A stretch of DNA of 48,399 nt from Chthonomonadales bacterium (GCA_038217285.1 JBBQPO010000012.1:1-48399); one strand, 5' to 3'; positions 18,607 to 28,522 are shown, counted from the stretch's first letter. Notes: generated by a model from the sequence alone, not told the origin. Program-made: numbers and translations.

Positions 18607-21036
18607 TCATTTTTCGTTGGCGTTGTGGGACTGCTTATAGAGTGTGTGCAACTGCGACGGAGTCACCGCGACATACTCTGGCCCCAACAGCTCCTGGATA
18701 CGCTTGAGGTCGGCAAGCTTCGATCCCCAGTTCCAGATAAAGACATTGGTAAAGGCCGGACGTGCCGAACCGATACGCTGGCGTATCTGCTCTGCAAGCT
18801 TCTCTGGGCCGGGGTCTGCACCGGTGATCGCGCGAAAGACGGTCTGGTCGCCCGGCAGATCGTACGTCAGCCCGCTGTACGGTTTGTCACCGGGATTGCC
18901 GTAGTCCGGCATCAGGAAGCGCACATCGGGCATCAGACGAGCGGCCTGGGCGATGTCGGGTGGGAAGACGTTCATCAGGCGGATGGTGTGCATGTCCAGC
19001 CGCTGCATATACTGCTCGGTCCAGTGATAGAAGTCTGCGAACGCCCCTTCGCGATCCTTCAGTGCGGTCGCCCAGTCGGGACCGTAGATGTAGCCGACCC
19101 CGGAGACGTCGCACAGGAACTCGTCGTTGGGCGTCGCATGGTCGTAGTACCAGCGCGCCCAGACCGGTGCGTTGTCGATCAGCGACGGCCCCATGCCCCA
19201 GCCGATGGGAATGGTGCCGTGCAGCGGGTCTTCGAAATAGGTGCGGAAGTAGTCTCGCCATGTGCAGAGGTTGTCGCCATCCGACATGGTGAAGCTGAAG
19301 TAGACCTTGCTGCGGTCCAGGGTGGGCGGCGGCGCCTGCGGCCTCTGCTTGAGTTTGGTTAGTGGCACGCCACTGAACACGGAGAAGTTCGCGACATAGT
19401 CGCTCACGACCGTTACCTTGCCGAAGCGGCTTGCCAGCGAGACGCCCGGCCCCTCGTTGATGCCGACGTCCTCCCCGTGCCACCAGAAGCCGCGCACAGT
19501 CGCACCGAGGGGCATGCCGGCCAGCAGCTTCTTTACCTCCGATGTCTCCTCCGAACCGTTTGCGCCCGGTCGATCCTGCGCCTTCGTGCCTGTGATCCAG
19601 AAGACGGACCCCTTTGCGGCGATGATCTGATCCAGCGCGCCCGAGTCGAAGATCGTCGGATCGAGGCAGCAGGTGAGATAGGGATTGAGACGCGGCATGA
19701 GGCTCGTCCGTACGTAGCGCAGCGCGTCCCCGCCTGACCTGAACTTGCCGCGCAGGTCGGCTTTGATGGGGATCCGCAGGCGGAGGGCCAGCTCCGGGGT
19801 GGCCATGAGGAGGTCGTCGGCACCGGCGATACAGGCTGCAACGCAAGGGCTGACGTAGACCTTCGGATCGGACACGACCGCGCCCCGAAAATCGGCGCGG
19901 AACCGGTCCACCAGGCTCAGGGGATCCGGGACAGGAATCGGCTCGTCCGTCTGTCCCTGTTTACGCATCTCTTGCAGCCAGAACGAATCGGTATCTCTCA
20001 TGATCAGATAGATTCGCGGCTGGGTACGATTGACCAGCCCTTGTAGCGAGAGCAGCAGAACCCGCTCGTCGAACGTGGAGTGGCGCACATCGGCAACATA
20101 CAGACGGCGAGCCAGGGGAGGCATTTTTGGCTGAAAAGTAGGGTAGGGACGGGGCACGACAGGCAGTACTAAATTCGCATAGACAGGCGGCTTGGGCAGT
20201 TTCGCGAAGCGGGCGAATGCGGTCCGGCGCTGTGCGGAGGTGAGAAGGCCCTTCTTTTCGAGAGCGACCACCGTGCCTCGCAGCAGCAGTTGATCCGTGG
20301 TCCAGGCTTCCAGGTCGCCCTCCGGGCCGTACTGTGTCCAGACGTCTACCGCGCCACGGAACAGCGGCGTGTGGTGGAGGACGATGGCGATGGCCGGTCT
20401 CTGCGCAGACCCGACAATCGGAACGACGATGTCGCCGGCAGGCAGGGATTGCGGATCGAGGCGCTGCGCATGGGCGTACGCCGACCCGTTTACCGACAGC
20501 GAACTGAACCCGAGGGCATCGTCGTGAGCGATCACCGGCGCCACGTCCTTTTCAGAGTTGGTGAAGCCGCCGACGCCGATTCCCGTCGGGCCGAACAGTG
20601 CCGCGTCGCTGCGGTGCCCCAGGTCCGTCCATTTGCTGGACGCACTGCGCCTGATGGGATGCGTGAAGGGAATCCCCGTGAGAATCAGCGCGCCGCCTGC
20701 CTGATGAAACGCGCGCATCGCAGCGAAGGCCTTTTCCGGATAGCTGTTGCCGTAGGGAAGAACGAGGGCGCTGAACATCGTGGCGTTGAAGCGCGTCGTG
20801 TCGGACAATGCGCCTTCTCCCAACACCTCCGCCGGAACGCCGCTCTCCTGCAGTCGTCGCGCGATCTCACGCGGATCGGTCTGCAAATGGCCCGCGTAGT
20901 ACGGAAACCCCGGCTCATAGAAAACGGCGACATGAGGCGCTGTCATAATCCGTTGGGCGGAACTGCCGACCTCGCACACGGCGAACGAGGGGCAGAGAAC
21001 CAGGGCCATCAAAAAGGTTCGAATGATTTTGTGCAT
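18607..21036 (-). CDS. GxGYxYP-domain putative glycoside hydrolase, secreted
   Basis: SLQGLVNRTQPRIY, NFSVFSG, FTMSDGDNL, PIGWGMGPSL and SGVGYIYGP motifs; signal peptide; extra N-terminal alpha/beta domain. Confidence 0.8.
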   Translation of the reverse strand: MHKIIRTFLMALVLCPSFAVCEVGSSAQRIMTAPHVAVFYEPGFPYYAGHLQTDPREIARRLQESGVPAEVLGEGALSDTTRFNATMFSALVLPYGNSYPEKAFAAMRAFHQAGGALILTGIPFTHPIRRSASSKWTDLGHRSDAALFGPTGIGVGGFTNSEKDVAPVIAHDDALGFSSLSVNGSAYAHAQRLDPQSLPAGDIVVPIVGSAQRPAIAIVLHHTPLFRGAVDVWTQYGPEGDLEAWTTDQLLLRGTVVALEKKGLLTSAQRRTAFARFAKLPKPPVYANLVLPVVPRPYPTFQPKMPPLARRLYVADVRHSTFDERVLLLSLQGLVNRTQPRIYLIMRDTDSFWLQEMRKQGQTDEPIPVPDPLSLVDRFRADFRGAVVSDPKVYVSPCVAACIAGADDLLMATPELALRLRIPIKADLRGKFRSGGDALRYVRTSLMPRLNPYLTCCLDPTIFDSGALDQIIAAKGSVFWITGTKAQDRPGANGSEETSEVKKLLAGMPLGATVRGFWWHGEDVGINEGPGVSLASRFGKVTVVSDYVANFSVFSGVPLTKLKQRPQAPPPTLDRSKVYFSFTMSDGDNLCTWRDYFRTYFEDPLHGTIPIGWGMGPSLIDNAPVWARWYYDHATPNDEFLCDVSGVGYIYGPDWATALKDREGAFADFYHWTEQYMQRLDMHTIRLMNVFPPDIAQAARLMPDVRFLMPDYGNPGDKPYSGLTYDLPGDQTVFRAITGADPGPEKLAEQIRQRIGSARPAFTNVFIWNWGSKLADLKRIQELLGPEYVAVTPSQLHTLYKQSHNANEK
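21017..21036. repeat. 20-bp direct repeat, copy 1
   Basis: gttcgaatgattttgtgcat, identical to 22778-22797; both copies are followed 6 nt later by atcatt. Confidence 0.9.
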
Positions 21037-21070
21037 TGTACGATCATTATACCCCAGCGCAAACGTGTAA

Positions 21071-22129
21071 AATGGTGATCTGGACGCGGCACTGGTCCTC
21101 TTGCGGGCGGGCGCAGATGTGAATGCCGCAGACGACTATGGCAAGACGGTACTGATGGTCGCCATTATAAAAAAGAACATCGGCGTGGTGCGTCTCCTGT
21201 TGGAGCGTGGTGCGGACCTACATAAGGCCAACCGCTGGGACCAGACGGAGATTCTACTGGCGGCGATGCTCGGGCAGACCGACATTATCGACGCATTGGT
21301 GGAGGCGGGTGCGCAGATCGGCCTGGTCGAGGCCGCCGTACTGGGGAATGAGGGCCTTGTGCGGGACCTGCTCGTGAGCGGAGTCAGCGTAGACGTGCGG
21401 CATGGGAAAGGAATGACCGCCCTGGCAGGAGCGGCAGCGCGAGGTCACATAGACATCGTTCGCCTTCTCCTGGAGCGTGGCGCAGACGTAAATATGACCG
21501 ACACGTCCGGTGATACGGCGCTTATGAGGGCGGCGTCTACGGACCGCCACGACATTGTCGATCTTCTCCTTGCCGCAGGGGCAGACATCAATATCGTCGC
21601 CGAGAACGGCGCAACAGCCCTCGGTCAGGCGGCGCTGACGCAAAACGTGGCCATGATGCGGGCGCTGGCGAGGCGCGGAGCAGATCCGAAGCGCGGTGGA
21701 ATTATCGTCGGTTCGATGCTCTCGCTGGCCGCCATGATGAACCATGTCGAGGTGGTAAAGGTTCTACTGGAACTAGGCGCCGACGTGGAGGAACGGAACC
21801 ACAGCGGTCAGACGCCCTTGATCGCTGCCGCAGGCGGTGGGCACACAGAGGTCGTTAGACTCCTGCTGGAGGCCGGAGCCGCCGTCGATGGCTCCGGCGA
21901 TCATGACAACACACCGTTGAAGGCCGCGTCCTTGTCGGGGCATACCGCAGTGGTGGAGCTGCTGACGGCGCATGGGGCGGACATGCGAACACTGGACGCG
22001 CACGGCTTTCCGAAGGGTATGGCGTCCCTTATTCTGGCGGCAGCTTCGGGCCACAATGACCTGGCCGAGCGGCTCAACAACATGCTTCCGTCAAACCTGT
22101 CTCTACCGTTCCGGCGTCGGGAACCATAG
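21071..22129 (+). CDS. Ankyrin repeat protein, apparently 5'-truncated
   Basis: Many G.TAL..AA..G...V..LL..GADVN repeats. Ankyrin-like residues (NGDLDAALVLLRAGADVN) continue upstream of TTG 21101 to an in-frame TAA at 21068-21070; no clear RBS. Confidence 0.8.
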   Translation, partial: NGDLDAALVLLRAGADVNAADDYGKTVLMVAIIKKNIGVVRLLLERGADLHKANRWDQTEILLAAMLGQTDIIDALVEAGAQIGLVEAAVLGNEGLVRDLLVSGVSVDVRHGKGMTALAGAAARGHIDIVRLLLERGADVNMTDTSGDTALMRAASTDRHDIVDLLLAAGADINIVAENGATALGQAALTQNVAMMRALARRGADPKRGGIIVGSMLSLAAMMNHVEVVKVLLELGADVEERNHSGQTPLIAAAGGGHTEVVRLLLEAGAAVDGSGDHDNTPLKAASLSGHTAVVELLTAHGADMRTLDAHGFPKGMASLILAAASGHNDLAERLNNMLPSNLSLPFRRREP

Positions 22130-22178
22130 TGCCTCGTTGGCGTGCGGTGCCTCTGCACGCATCGTATGAATAATCGAC

Positions 22179-22808
22179 CTAACGTTCCGAGGGCGGGAAC
22201 AAGGGGGCTCCATCGTCAGAATGCCGGGTGTGAATAGTGCAGTTGTGCGCGCCACACACCAGGAAGGCCGCAGGGCGCTCGTGTTCGTCAGGATTTCCCA
22301 GATAGAACTCCGCATAGCTAACAGACGAGTACAGGTTGAAGAGCCGTTTCAGAGCTTCGAAATCTATACAGCACCGCGCCGACACGTCCGTGTCCTTAAC
22401 GAGTCGTACTTCAACTCCTGCCGCTCGCATTGCCCGCTCGACAAGATCGAGATGTACGCAAGTCACACTCATGCCCACGGTTTCATAATAGTAAATTTGG
22501 GCGTCCGACCAGTCCTCGCCACGCTCCACGAGCGTAGCGTAGCGCGCTCGGGCCGGATCGGCGGACAGTTCCGCCGCCCGCACGCGACGCGCCTCCGCTC
22601 GGGCAGAAGGGGACTTTTCACGGCCGCCGGTTTCCCCGATCCTTCCTGACTTTCGCCCCAGTAACCGAAGGACCAACACGGTGATCAATGCAGAACCTGC
22701 GACGATAAGTATGGCCGTGATGGCGTTCAGATGGCTGCTTCCGATGCTTATGAGTGTCCCCCTCTCGTGCCGATAACGTTCGAATGATTTTGTGCATATT
22801 GCTATCAT
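22179..22808 (-). CDS. Hypothetical protein with N-terminal transmembrane helix
   Basis: Hydrophobic AITAILIVAGSALITVLVLRLL followed by a Cys/His-containing domain. Start unclear: the best RBS (GAGAGGGGG) precedes an in-frame ATA. Confidence 0.5.
   Translation of the reverse strand: MIAICTKSFERYRHERGTLISIGSSHLNAITAILIVAGSALITVLVLRLLGRKSGRIGETGGREKSPSARAEARRVRAAELSADPARARYATLVERGEDWSDAQIYYYETVGMSVTCVHLDLVERAMRAAGVEVRLVKDTDVSARCCIDFEALKRLFNLYSSVSYAEFYLGNPDEHERPAAFLVCGAHNCTIHTRHSDDGAPLFPPSER
22778..22797. repeat. 20-bp direct repeat, copy 2
   Basis: Identical to 21017-21036. Confidence 0.9.
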
Positions 22809-22906
22809 TCGGGGATGTGCCTGTCGAGGTGTTCGTCAGAGTAATCGTGTTCTGTAGGCTGGCTATCGTCACGCCATAGTCGCGTTGGACCCAGGCGGAC
22901 TTCTCT

Positions 22907-24211
22907 TTAGGGGGCAGCATGAGAGGTGTCTCCGGAAGCCACAGCGAGCCCTGTATCTAGTGCGTCGATCAGTTCGTCCACGTGGTCACGGCTGGCAATG
23001 AGCGGCATTCCCGTTCGGATGACGTTGGCATAGAGCCCGCCTTTTCCGATCAGGACGCCGCGCCGCTTCGTCTCCTCGAACACATCGAGGATGGCCTGCG
23101 GATGCGGCTCTTTGGTTACCCGATCCTTGACCAGTTCCAGCCCCTGCATTAGCCCCAACCCGCGCACGTCGCCAACGATCGGGTACTTCTCCTTCAAACC
23201 TTCCAGTCCCATACGGAAATAAGCTCCGACTTCGGCTGCGTTATGGCGCAGATTCTCGTCCTCGATGACTTTGATGACCGCCAGCGCCGCCGCTGTCGAG
23301 ACCGGATTTCCGCCGAAGGTCGCGAAGGTGTTGCCAGGGTAGCTGTCCGCGACCTCCGGAGTCGCAATGGTCATGCCGATGGGTGTGCCGTTCCCCATGC
23401 CTTTGGCCGAGGTCAGGATGTCCGGCTCGACGTCCCAATGCTCGATGCCAAACCACTTTTCGCCGGTGCGGCCCCAGGCGGTCTGCACCTCATCGCAGAT
23501 AAAGAGCCCTCCGTGTTGGCGGGCGATCTCTACCGCGCGCTCGAAGTAGCCGGGCGGCGGGACGATGAACCCGCCGACGCCGAGCACGGTCTCCGCCATA
23601 AAGGCGGCGATCTCCCCGGTCGTTGTCGTCTGTATCAGCTCCTCGATGTCCTCCGCACAGGCGAGCCCACAGGTGGGATACGTCATTTTAAAGGGGCAGC
23701 GGTAGCAGTAGGGAGCGTGCGCGTGGGTGAACCCGGCCACTTCCGCCGCCAGCGGCCGCCAACTGTGATGGCCGACGGCGGAGAGCCCCGTTGCGGATCG
23801 ACCGCTGTAGCTGTGACGCAGAACGACAATCTCGTGGCGACCTGTATAGGTCTTCGCCGCCATGATCGCCGTATCGTTGGCCTCGGTGCCGGTGCTGGTG
23901 AAAAACGACTTCTTCAACCGTCCTGGCGTGATCTCCGCCAGCTTCTCCGCCAGATCGGATTGACCCTTGTGTGGATAGAGAGCGGAGGTGTGCGAAAGTC
24001 GCTGCGCCTGATCCACGACGGCCTTGACAACCGTCGGGTTTGCGTGGCCCACGCTGACAGTCAGCACGCCGCCGAAGCAGTCGAGATAGCGGTCGCCGTC
24101 CTCGTCCCAGACATACATTCCCTCACCGCGCACGAGCGCAAGCGGTTCCTTGTAGTAGGTTGCCACGGCCGGGAACAGGAACTCTCGATGTTTGCGAACG
24201 GTTTCGGACAT
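22907..24211 (-). CDS. Class III PLP-dependent aminotransferase (AGXT2 / beta-alanine or 4-aminobutyrate aminotransferase-like)
   Basis: RGEGMYVWDEDGDRYLD, FICDEVQTAWGRTG, PDILTSAKGMGNG, TFGGNP and VGDVRGLGLMQG motifs. ATG 24211 follows GAAAGGA. Confidence 0.92.
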   Translation of the reverse strand: MSETVRKHREFLFPAVATYYKEPLALVRGEGMYVWDEDGDRYLDCFGGVLTVSVGHANPTVVKAVVDQAQRLSHTSALYPHKGQSDLAEKLAEITPGRLKKSFFTSTGTEANDTAIMAAKTYTGRHEIVVLRHSYSGRSATGLSAVGHHSWRPLAAEVAGFTHAHAPYCYRCPFKMTYPTCGLACAEDIEELIQTTTTGEIAAFMAETVLGVGGFIVPPPGYFERAVEIARQHGGLFICDEVQTAWGRTGEKWFGIEHWDVEPDILTSAKGMGNGTPIGMTIATPEVADSYPGNTFATFGGNPVSTAAALAVIKVIEDENLRHNAAEVGAYFRMGLEGLKEKYPIVGDVRGLGLMQGLELVKDRVTKEPHPQAILDVFEETKRRGVLIGKGGLYANVIRTGMPLIASRDHVDELIDALDTGLAVASGDTSHAAP

Positions 24212-24395
24212 GCTGCTCAATCCTTTCATGACCACTGATGGCGACATGGCTGCGCGCCAGGAGCGTCATACATTCGCTCCCCAGGTGGTATAAAACAAAA
24301 AGCCCCTCCAGCGTTTTCCGGCGTTTTCCGGCCGTATGGACTTCAGAGTCCTCGGGACGGTCATTCGGCTATCGAGCGGGCCGACCATCCCTGGG

Positions 24396-26978
24396 CTAGG
24401 GGTTTTCCGTCAGGCGCTGCGCCGCGACGTCTCCTCCGAACCCCGCGCCGCCGGGTACATCAACGGCCTTGTGCCATGCTGCGCGCGCCTCTGGCTTTCT
24501 TCCCAGCTTGAGGAAGGCGTCGCCCATGGAAAGCAACAGGCCCGCCCTGGCGGTCGGTGCCTCGTATTTTGAAGGTCCTTCGTAGCACTCCAGACCGTGC
24601 TCCGCCGTTATAAGTGCGTTATCGTAGTCCTTTGCAGCTATATAGATCTGGGCCAGCCGACCGTACGTGTAGACGCCGTTACGCGGGGTCTGGCTGCAGC
24701 CCGCCTTAAGGGCCGCCAGGGCGCTGTCGTTATCATGCATGTTGATGCAGATGCCCCACTTGGTCTCGTACAGCGAGGTGTTCTTAGGGCAGAGCCTGAT
24801 CGCCTCGTTGATTGCGGCCAGCGCCTCTGGGGTTCGCTGGGCGTTGCTCAACTGTCCGGCAAGGATAGCAGGATAGTAGTAGTTCTTTGGGTCCAGCCGG
24901 ATCGCCTGACGCAGCTTCTGTTCGATCACCGCCTTGCTGTTGTTGGATGAGAGCGCCATCGCCTCCTTGTAAAGCGCCTTGGCCCGCTCCTGTGGCGTCA
25001 TGGGCGGTTCTGCGGGCTTTGCGTCAGACGAGACGACCGGCGGCTTAGTCGCAGGCGATTTCCCTCTGGCTGCTGCGCCCGCCGCGCCTGCGCCAGCTAC
25101 TACCGCGTCGGTGGCCCTGCCAGGCTGCCCCTTCGCAGTCGGCGCGCCGGACGTACCGACTCCCTGTCCGTCGGTTCGAGGATTGGCGACCTGATCCCCC
25201 AGGGCCAGCTTTCCAAGCATCGTCGCCTTATCCAGGTTCGCCTGCGCTACCTGAGGCCAGTCGGCCTTCAGGCGGGCTTTGCGCGCCTCATCGTGAGCGG
25301 AATCTGCAGTCTGCATCGCGCGCTCATGGAGATCGAAGTCGTCGTAGCGCCGGGCAAACAGCTTCTCGTAGACATCGAGCGCCTCGGTATACCGCTTCTG
25401 TTCGGCGTAGAGCTCGATCAGGTTAAGGTAGGGCAGAAGCCGGTCGGAACTGCCGCCGATTAGATCTTTCTGCTCTTTCTCGAACCGTGCAAGGACCGGG
25501 GCGGGATCCCCTCCAAAGCGGCCGGACACGTTTGTCATGCCAAGCGCTTCATACGTGGTTGCAAACGAGCCGGTGGCAATCCTTTTCAGCATCTGCTGAA
25601 TCCTGTCCGGCGCGTCGAACCACTTGGGCTGAAACATCTCCGAGCCCCAGTAGAGCGCCTCGTAATTCGACGGATCGAGCTCAATTGCGCGATCATAGGC
25701 TTTGAAGGCGGTCTCTTTCTCTCCTACGAAGGTCGCCGCCGTTGCCAGCTTCGACCAGGTGTGCGGGTTCCGGTCGTCGGCTGCACCAGCGCGCACCAGC
25801 GCCACCAACCAGCGCGGATATATATCGTTGAGGACCTTCGTTTCGCTCTCCGTCAGCTCGTTGCTGAAGCGGCCGCGCCGGGTCGACTCGGCGATATCTG
25901 AGAACACCTGCCCGAGACTGCTCCACATCTGCGGGTATCCGGGCGAGCAACGCACGGCCATCTCGGCCGCTTTGCGCTCCTCCGGAAGGTCGTTGCGCGA
26001 GCGCATGAGCCTCGCATAGGCTGTGTTGGTGGAAACGTTGTTCGGGTACCTGGCCTTTAGTCGCTCTATCTCCGGGGCGACGCCCTCCAGGGACATCAGG
26101 TTGTCCGCAGCTATTTCGGCGATCAGGGCAAGATGTGTCGGCTTTGCCGTGGGCGGAAGGTTGAGCGCCGCTGTACCGGCCCAACGTGGAAGAAACGGGT
26201 TCGAGTGCAGTGTGATATCGAGGCAAAGCGGATCGAGGGTCGCAATCTCCGCCATCGCAAGCGACTCGGCGGTCGTCAAGCGCTGGATGTCGGCTATCGG
26301 AAACGCGCCAACCACCGCGACCTGAGCCGGGCTAAGGCGGGTCGGCACCGGTTGCGCGACGGTTCGCGCGCCCGCCGCGCTGGCCAGCTCCTTTACCAGC
26401 GCTGGAAGCGCTTTAACGATGTGGTCCTGGTCGCCACTGCAGACGGCCGGCGCACCGACTGCCTGCCTGGATTCGAGCGCGTAGAGCTGGTACTTGAGCG
26501 TAAGGCTCGCGCCACTACCGGAAAGGGATCCCACCGCTGCGTGAGTCGCGCCAAGTCTCTGCGACAGGTCCAGCGCCTGTGGAAGGGACAGTGGAAAGCC
26601 CGACGTACTGAGCTCACGCTGGGTCTCGTAGATGCTCGAAAACAAGGGTGTCCTGCCGAGCTCCCCGGAACCGCAGAGCTGAAACTGCACCCATCGGGCG
26701 CAGCCGGCGCCGAACGGCAGCAACTCCGGGTTGCCGGTTGGTTCACACACCACGATTCCCGCCCCGCTGGTAACTGGTTTAAGGTCCGCGAGCGGATCCG
26801 TTGCTTGCCCTCCGCCGGCTCGGGGCGACTCAGCCCTTCCGACGGGCGTGGGAGGTGCCGGGAGTGCGCTGGCGTGTATTGCGGCGCACAGCGGTCCCAG
26901 CCCGACCGCTAGCGCGGTGAACACGGAGATCAATCCAGCCCGTTCGAATGGTGACAATTCAAGTGTGTTGCGCTTCAC
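24396..26978 (-). CDS. Large TPR-repeat protein, probably secreted or membrane-anchored
   Basis: GTG 26978 follows AAAGGAGG. Hydrophobic N-terminus, TPR motifs (AFKAYDRAIELDPSN, LRQAIRLDPKN, INEAIRLCPKN) and an Ala/Pro-rich linker. Confidence 0.8.
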   Translation of the reverse strand: MKRNTLELSPFERAGLISVFTALAVGLGPLCAAIHASALPAPPTPVGRAESPRAGGGQATDPLADLKPVTSGAGIVVCEPTGNPELLPFGAGCARWVQFQLCGSGELGRTPLFSSIYETQRELSTSGFPLSLPQALDLSQRLGATHAAVGSLSGSGASLTLKYQLYALESRQAVGAPAVCSGDQDHIVKALPALVKELASAAGARTVAQPVPTRLSPAQVAVVGAFPIADIQRLTTAESLAMAEIATLDPLCLDITLHSNPFLPRWAGTAALNLPPTAKPTHLALIAEIAADNLMSLEGVAPEIERLKARYPNNVSTNTAYARLMRSRNDLPEERKAAEMAVRCSPGYPQMWSSLGQVFSDIAESTRRGRFSNELTESETKVLNDIYPRWLVALVRAGAADDRNPHTWSKLATAATFVGEKETAFKAYDRAIELDPSNYEALYWGSEMFQPKWFDAPDRIQQMLKRIATGSFATTYEALGMTNVSGRFGGDPAPVLARFEKEQKDLIGGSSDRLLPYLNLIELYAEQKRYTEALDVYEKLFARRYDDFDLHERAMQTADSAHDEARKARLKADWPQVAQANLDKATMLGKLALGDQVANPRTDGQGVGTSGAPTAKGQPGRATDAVVAGAGAAGAAARGKSPATKPPVVSSDAKPAEPPMTPQERAKALYKEAMALSSNNSKAVIEQKLRQAIRLDPKNYYYPAILAGQLSNAQRTPEALAAINEAIRLCPKNTSLYETKWGICINMHDNDSALAALKAGCSQTPRNGVYTYGRLAQIYIAAKDYDNALITAEHGLECYEGPSKYEAPTARAGLLLSMGDAFLKLGRKPEARAAWHKAVDVPGGAGFGGDVAAQRLTENP

Positions 26979-27008
26979 GTAACCTCCTTTGGAGAGCAGG
27001 GCGGGCTG

Positions 27009-27200
27009 TTGCAGCTCGGCGAAGACTTTCGCACCTTCCAGGCATCGACGTTCGTCACTCCGTCCTGTCCAGAAGACACGTCGGGGCACAGCATCTTCAG
27101 CGCTGCCGCCGCCGAAGTGCTGAAACGGTTCAAGAACAGCGATGCTCTGGGCTTCTCCGTCTCCTTCGCGCCATGGGGCGTCTCGTGGGAGCCGCCGTAT
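27009..27200 (+). pseudogene. Fragment of a vanadium-dependent haloperoxidase / PAP2-superfamily gene
   Basis: FRTFQASTFVTPSCPEDTSGHSIFSAAAAEVLKRFKNSDALG resembles TPPFPEYxSGHSxFSAAAAEVLxxFxGSD. The rest of the gene is missing. Confidence 0.7.
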
Positions 27201-27391
27201 GGGATAGAGCCCAGACCTACATCAACGGCGCTTGAAATCGAGCGGCAATTCTCTCGATTCACCTGCCGCCCGACGGAGTATACACGATCTGGATCTCAGC
27301 TCGTGGCGCAGGCGGCAAATACGTCGTTCCTCTCGTCGATGCCGATAGAACACCCGCCTCAACGGGTCGAGGGTGTGCGCTTTGTGAGGGA

Positions 27392-27946
27392 CTATTTCTT
27401 GAACTTCGCGGCGTGCTCCAACATCCAGAGACAGGCCAGCTTGGTCGCACCCAACTCGTTGAAAAAGTGATTCCGCGCCTCGCTGGACTTTATGGCCGTG
27501 AGATGGCGCGGATTCATGCCAATGCTCTCCGCGAACGCTTTCTGAGTAATGCCTTGTTCACGCATCTGAAGGAGTAAACTCTCCAGCGTCACGCTTTGTA
27601 GATAAGAGTGAAGATCGTCAACATGCTTCACTTCTTCCGGTTGTTTTGCCTCTATAACATGAAAGGTTGCGGGGTTCTGAAGAAACGTCTGTGCCAGGGC
27701 TTCACAGTGGTGGCAGTAGCCGCCCTTTCCGACATAGCAACTACATGCCGCCACAATTTCCTGGTCTTTGAATTCGATAGACACCGTGTAGGTGCCGTGG
27801 TTGCCGACCGTCTTCGCGACGATCTTGTTTCCAACCAGGGTAGAATCGAAAAATGTACCGACGTACTTTTGTGCATTGGGGCTTGGCGCTACGGACCATT
27901 GACGTTGCACAAAGGTCTTTAGTTTTGCGGAATCGAAGTCTGGCAT
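27392..27946 (-). CDS. SWIM zinc finger + XRE-like HTH protein
   Basis: VGNHGTYTVSI..ACSCYVGKGGYCHH (CxCxnCxH) and C-terminal MREQGITQKAFAESIGMNPRHLTAI; GGGAGGA RBS. Confidence 0.75.
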   Translation of the reverse strand: MPDFDSAKLKTFVQRQWSVAPSPNAQKYVGTFFDSTLVGNKIVAKTVGNHGTYTVSIEFKDQEIVAACSCYVGKGGYCHHCEALAQTFLQNPATFHVIEAKQPEEVKHVDDLHSYLQSVTLESLLLQMREQGITQKAFAESIGMNPRHLTAIKSSEARNHFFNELGATKLACLWMLEHAAKFKK

Positions 27947-27994
27947 AATAGGTTTGTCCTCCCACCGATACTGATGGTCGTGTGCTCTCTTAAC

Positions 27995-28522
27995 TCATCC
28001 CGTGCCTGCGCCATCCGTGGGCAGGTACGGGATGAGTCCCTTCTTATAGGCGACCTCTTGGATTTCACGGGGCAGATGCCGGGCATCCACGATGAATCCG
28101 TTGACCATGATCATCCATGCCAGGAGGTTGTCCTCCATTTTGCTGGGACGGCACCACTGCGGATCCATCTGGCTCATGTTCAACGCGTTCCGAACCGCTT
28201 TACCTTTGCTGGCGCCGGTGCTCGTACTGAGTCCAAAGGCCTCGCACAACTCTGCGGCGCTCATGGAGGGCGTCTGGCACTTATCGAAAAGAAAGTTTAC
28301 GGTCCCAAGCGCATAGGCGATCCCGCACGCCCAACTCCGGATGTTCCCGGTCAGGAGCGGAGAAGGTCGCTGCCGACACAGCGCTGCCGCGGCCTGCCGA
28401 GCCAGTTGGGTATACTCCTCATCCAGCCGGGAGGTGCAGAACGCATCGGTCAGCGCGACGATCCCGTTGAAGGTGTCCTGCATCGCGACAGGAACCTTTT
28501 CGGATTTGCTGATTCGAGCCAT
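27995..28522 (-). CDS. DUF6398-family protein
   Basis: LTDAFC..LDEEY..LCRQRPSPL..WACGIAYALGTVNFLFD..ELCEAFGLS pattern. ATG 28522 follows AAGGAGG. Confidence 0.75.
   Translation of the reverse strand: MARISKSEKVPVAMQDTFNGIVALTDAFCTSRLDEEYTQLARQAAAALCRQRPSPLLTGNIRSWACGIAYALGTVNFLFDKCQTPSMSAAELCEAFGLSTSTGASKGKAVRNALNMSQMDPQWCRPSKMEDNLLAWMIMVNGFIVDARHLPREIQEVAYKKGLIPYLPTDGAGTG

Noticed and set aside
22618-22920. 100-aa ORF containing MHKIIRT
   Set aside because: Explained by the 20-bp duplication; it overlaps a better ORF and has no other similarity to the GxGYxYP protein.
12480-24211. RutE-like reductase plus class III aminotransferase as a beta-alanine/pyrimidine catabolic cluster
   Set aside because: About 10 kb apart, on opposite strands, with no other rut or pyd genes, and aminotransferase specificity is unknown.
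24311-24331. gcgttttccg tandem duplication upstream of the aminotransferase
   Set aside because: Two 10-bp units only; no supportable function.
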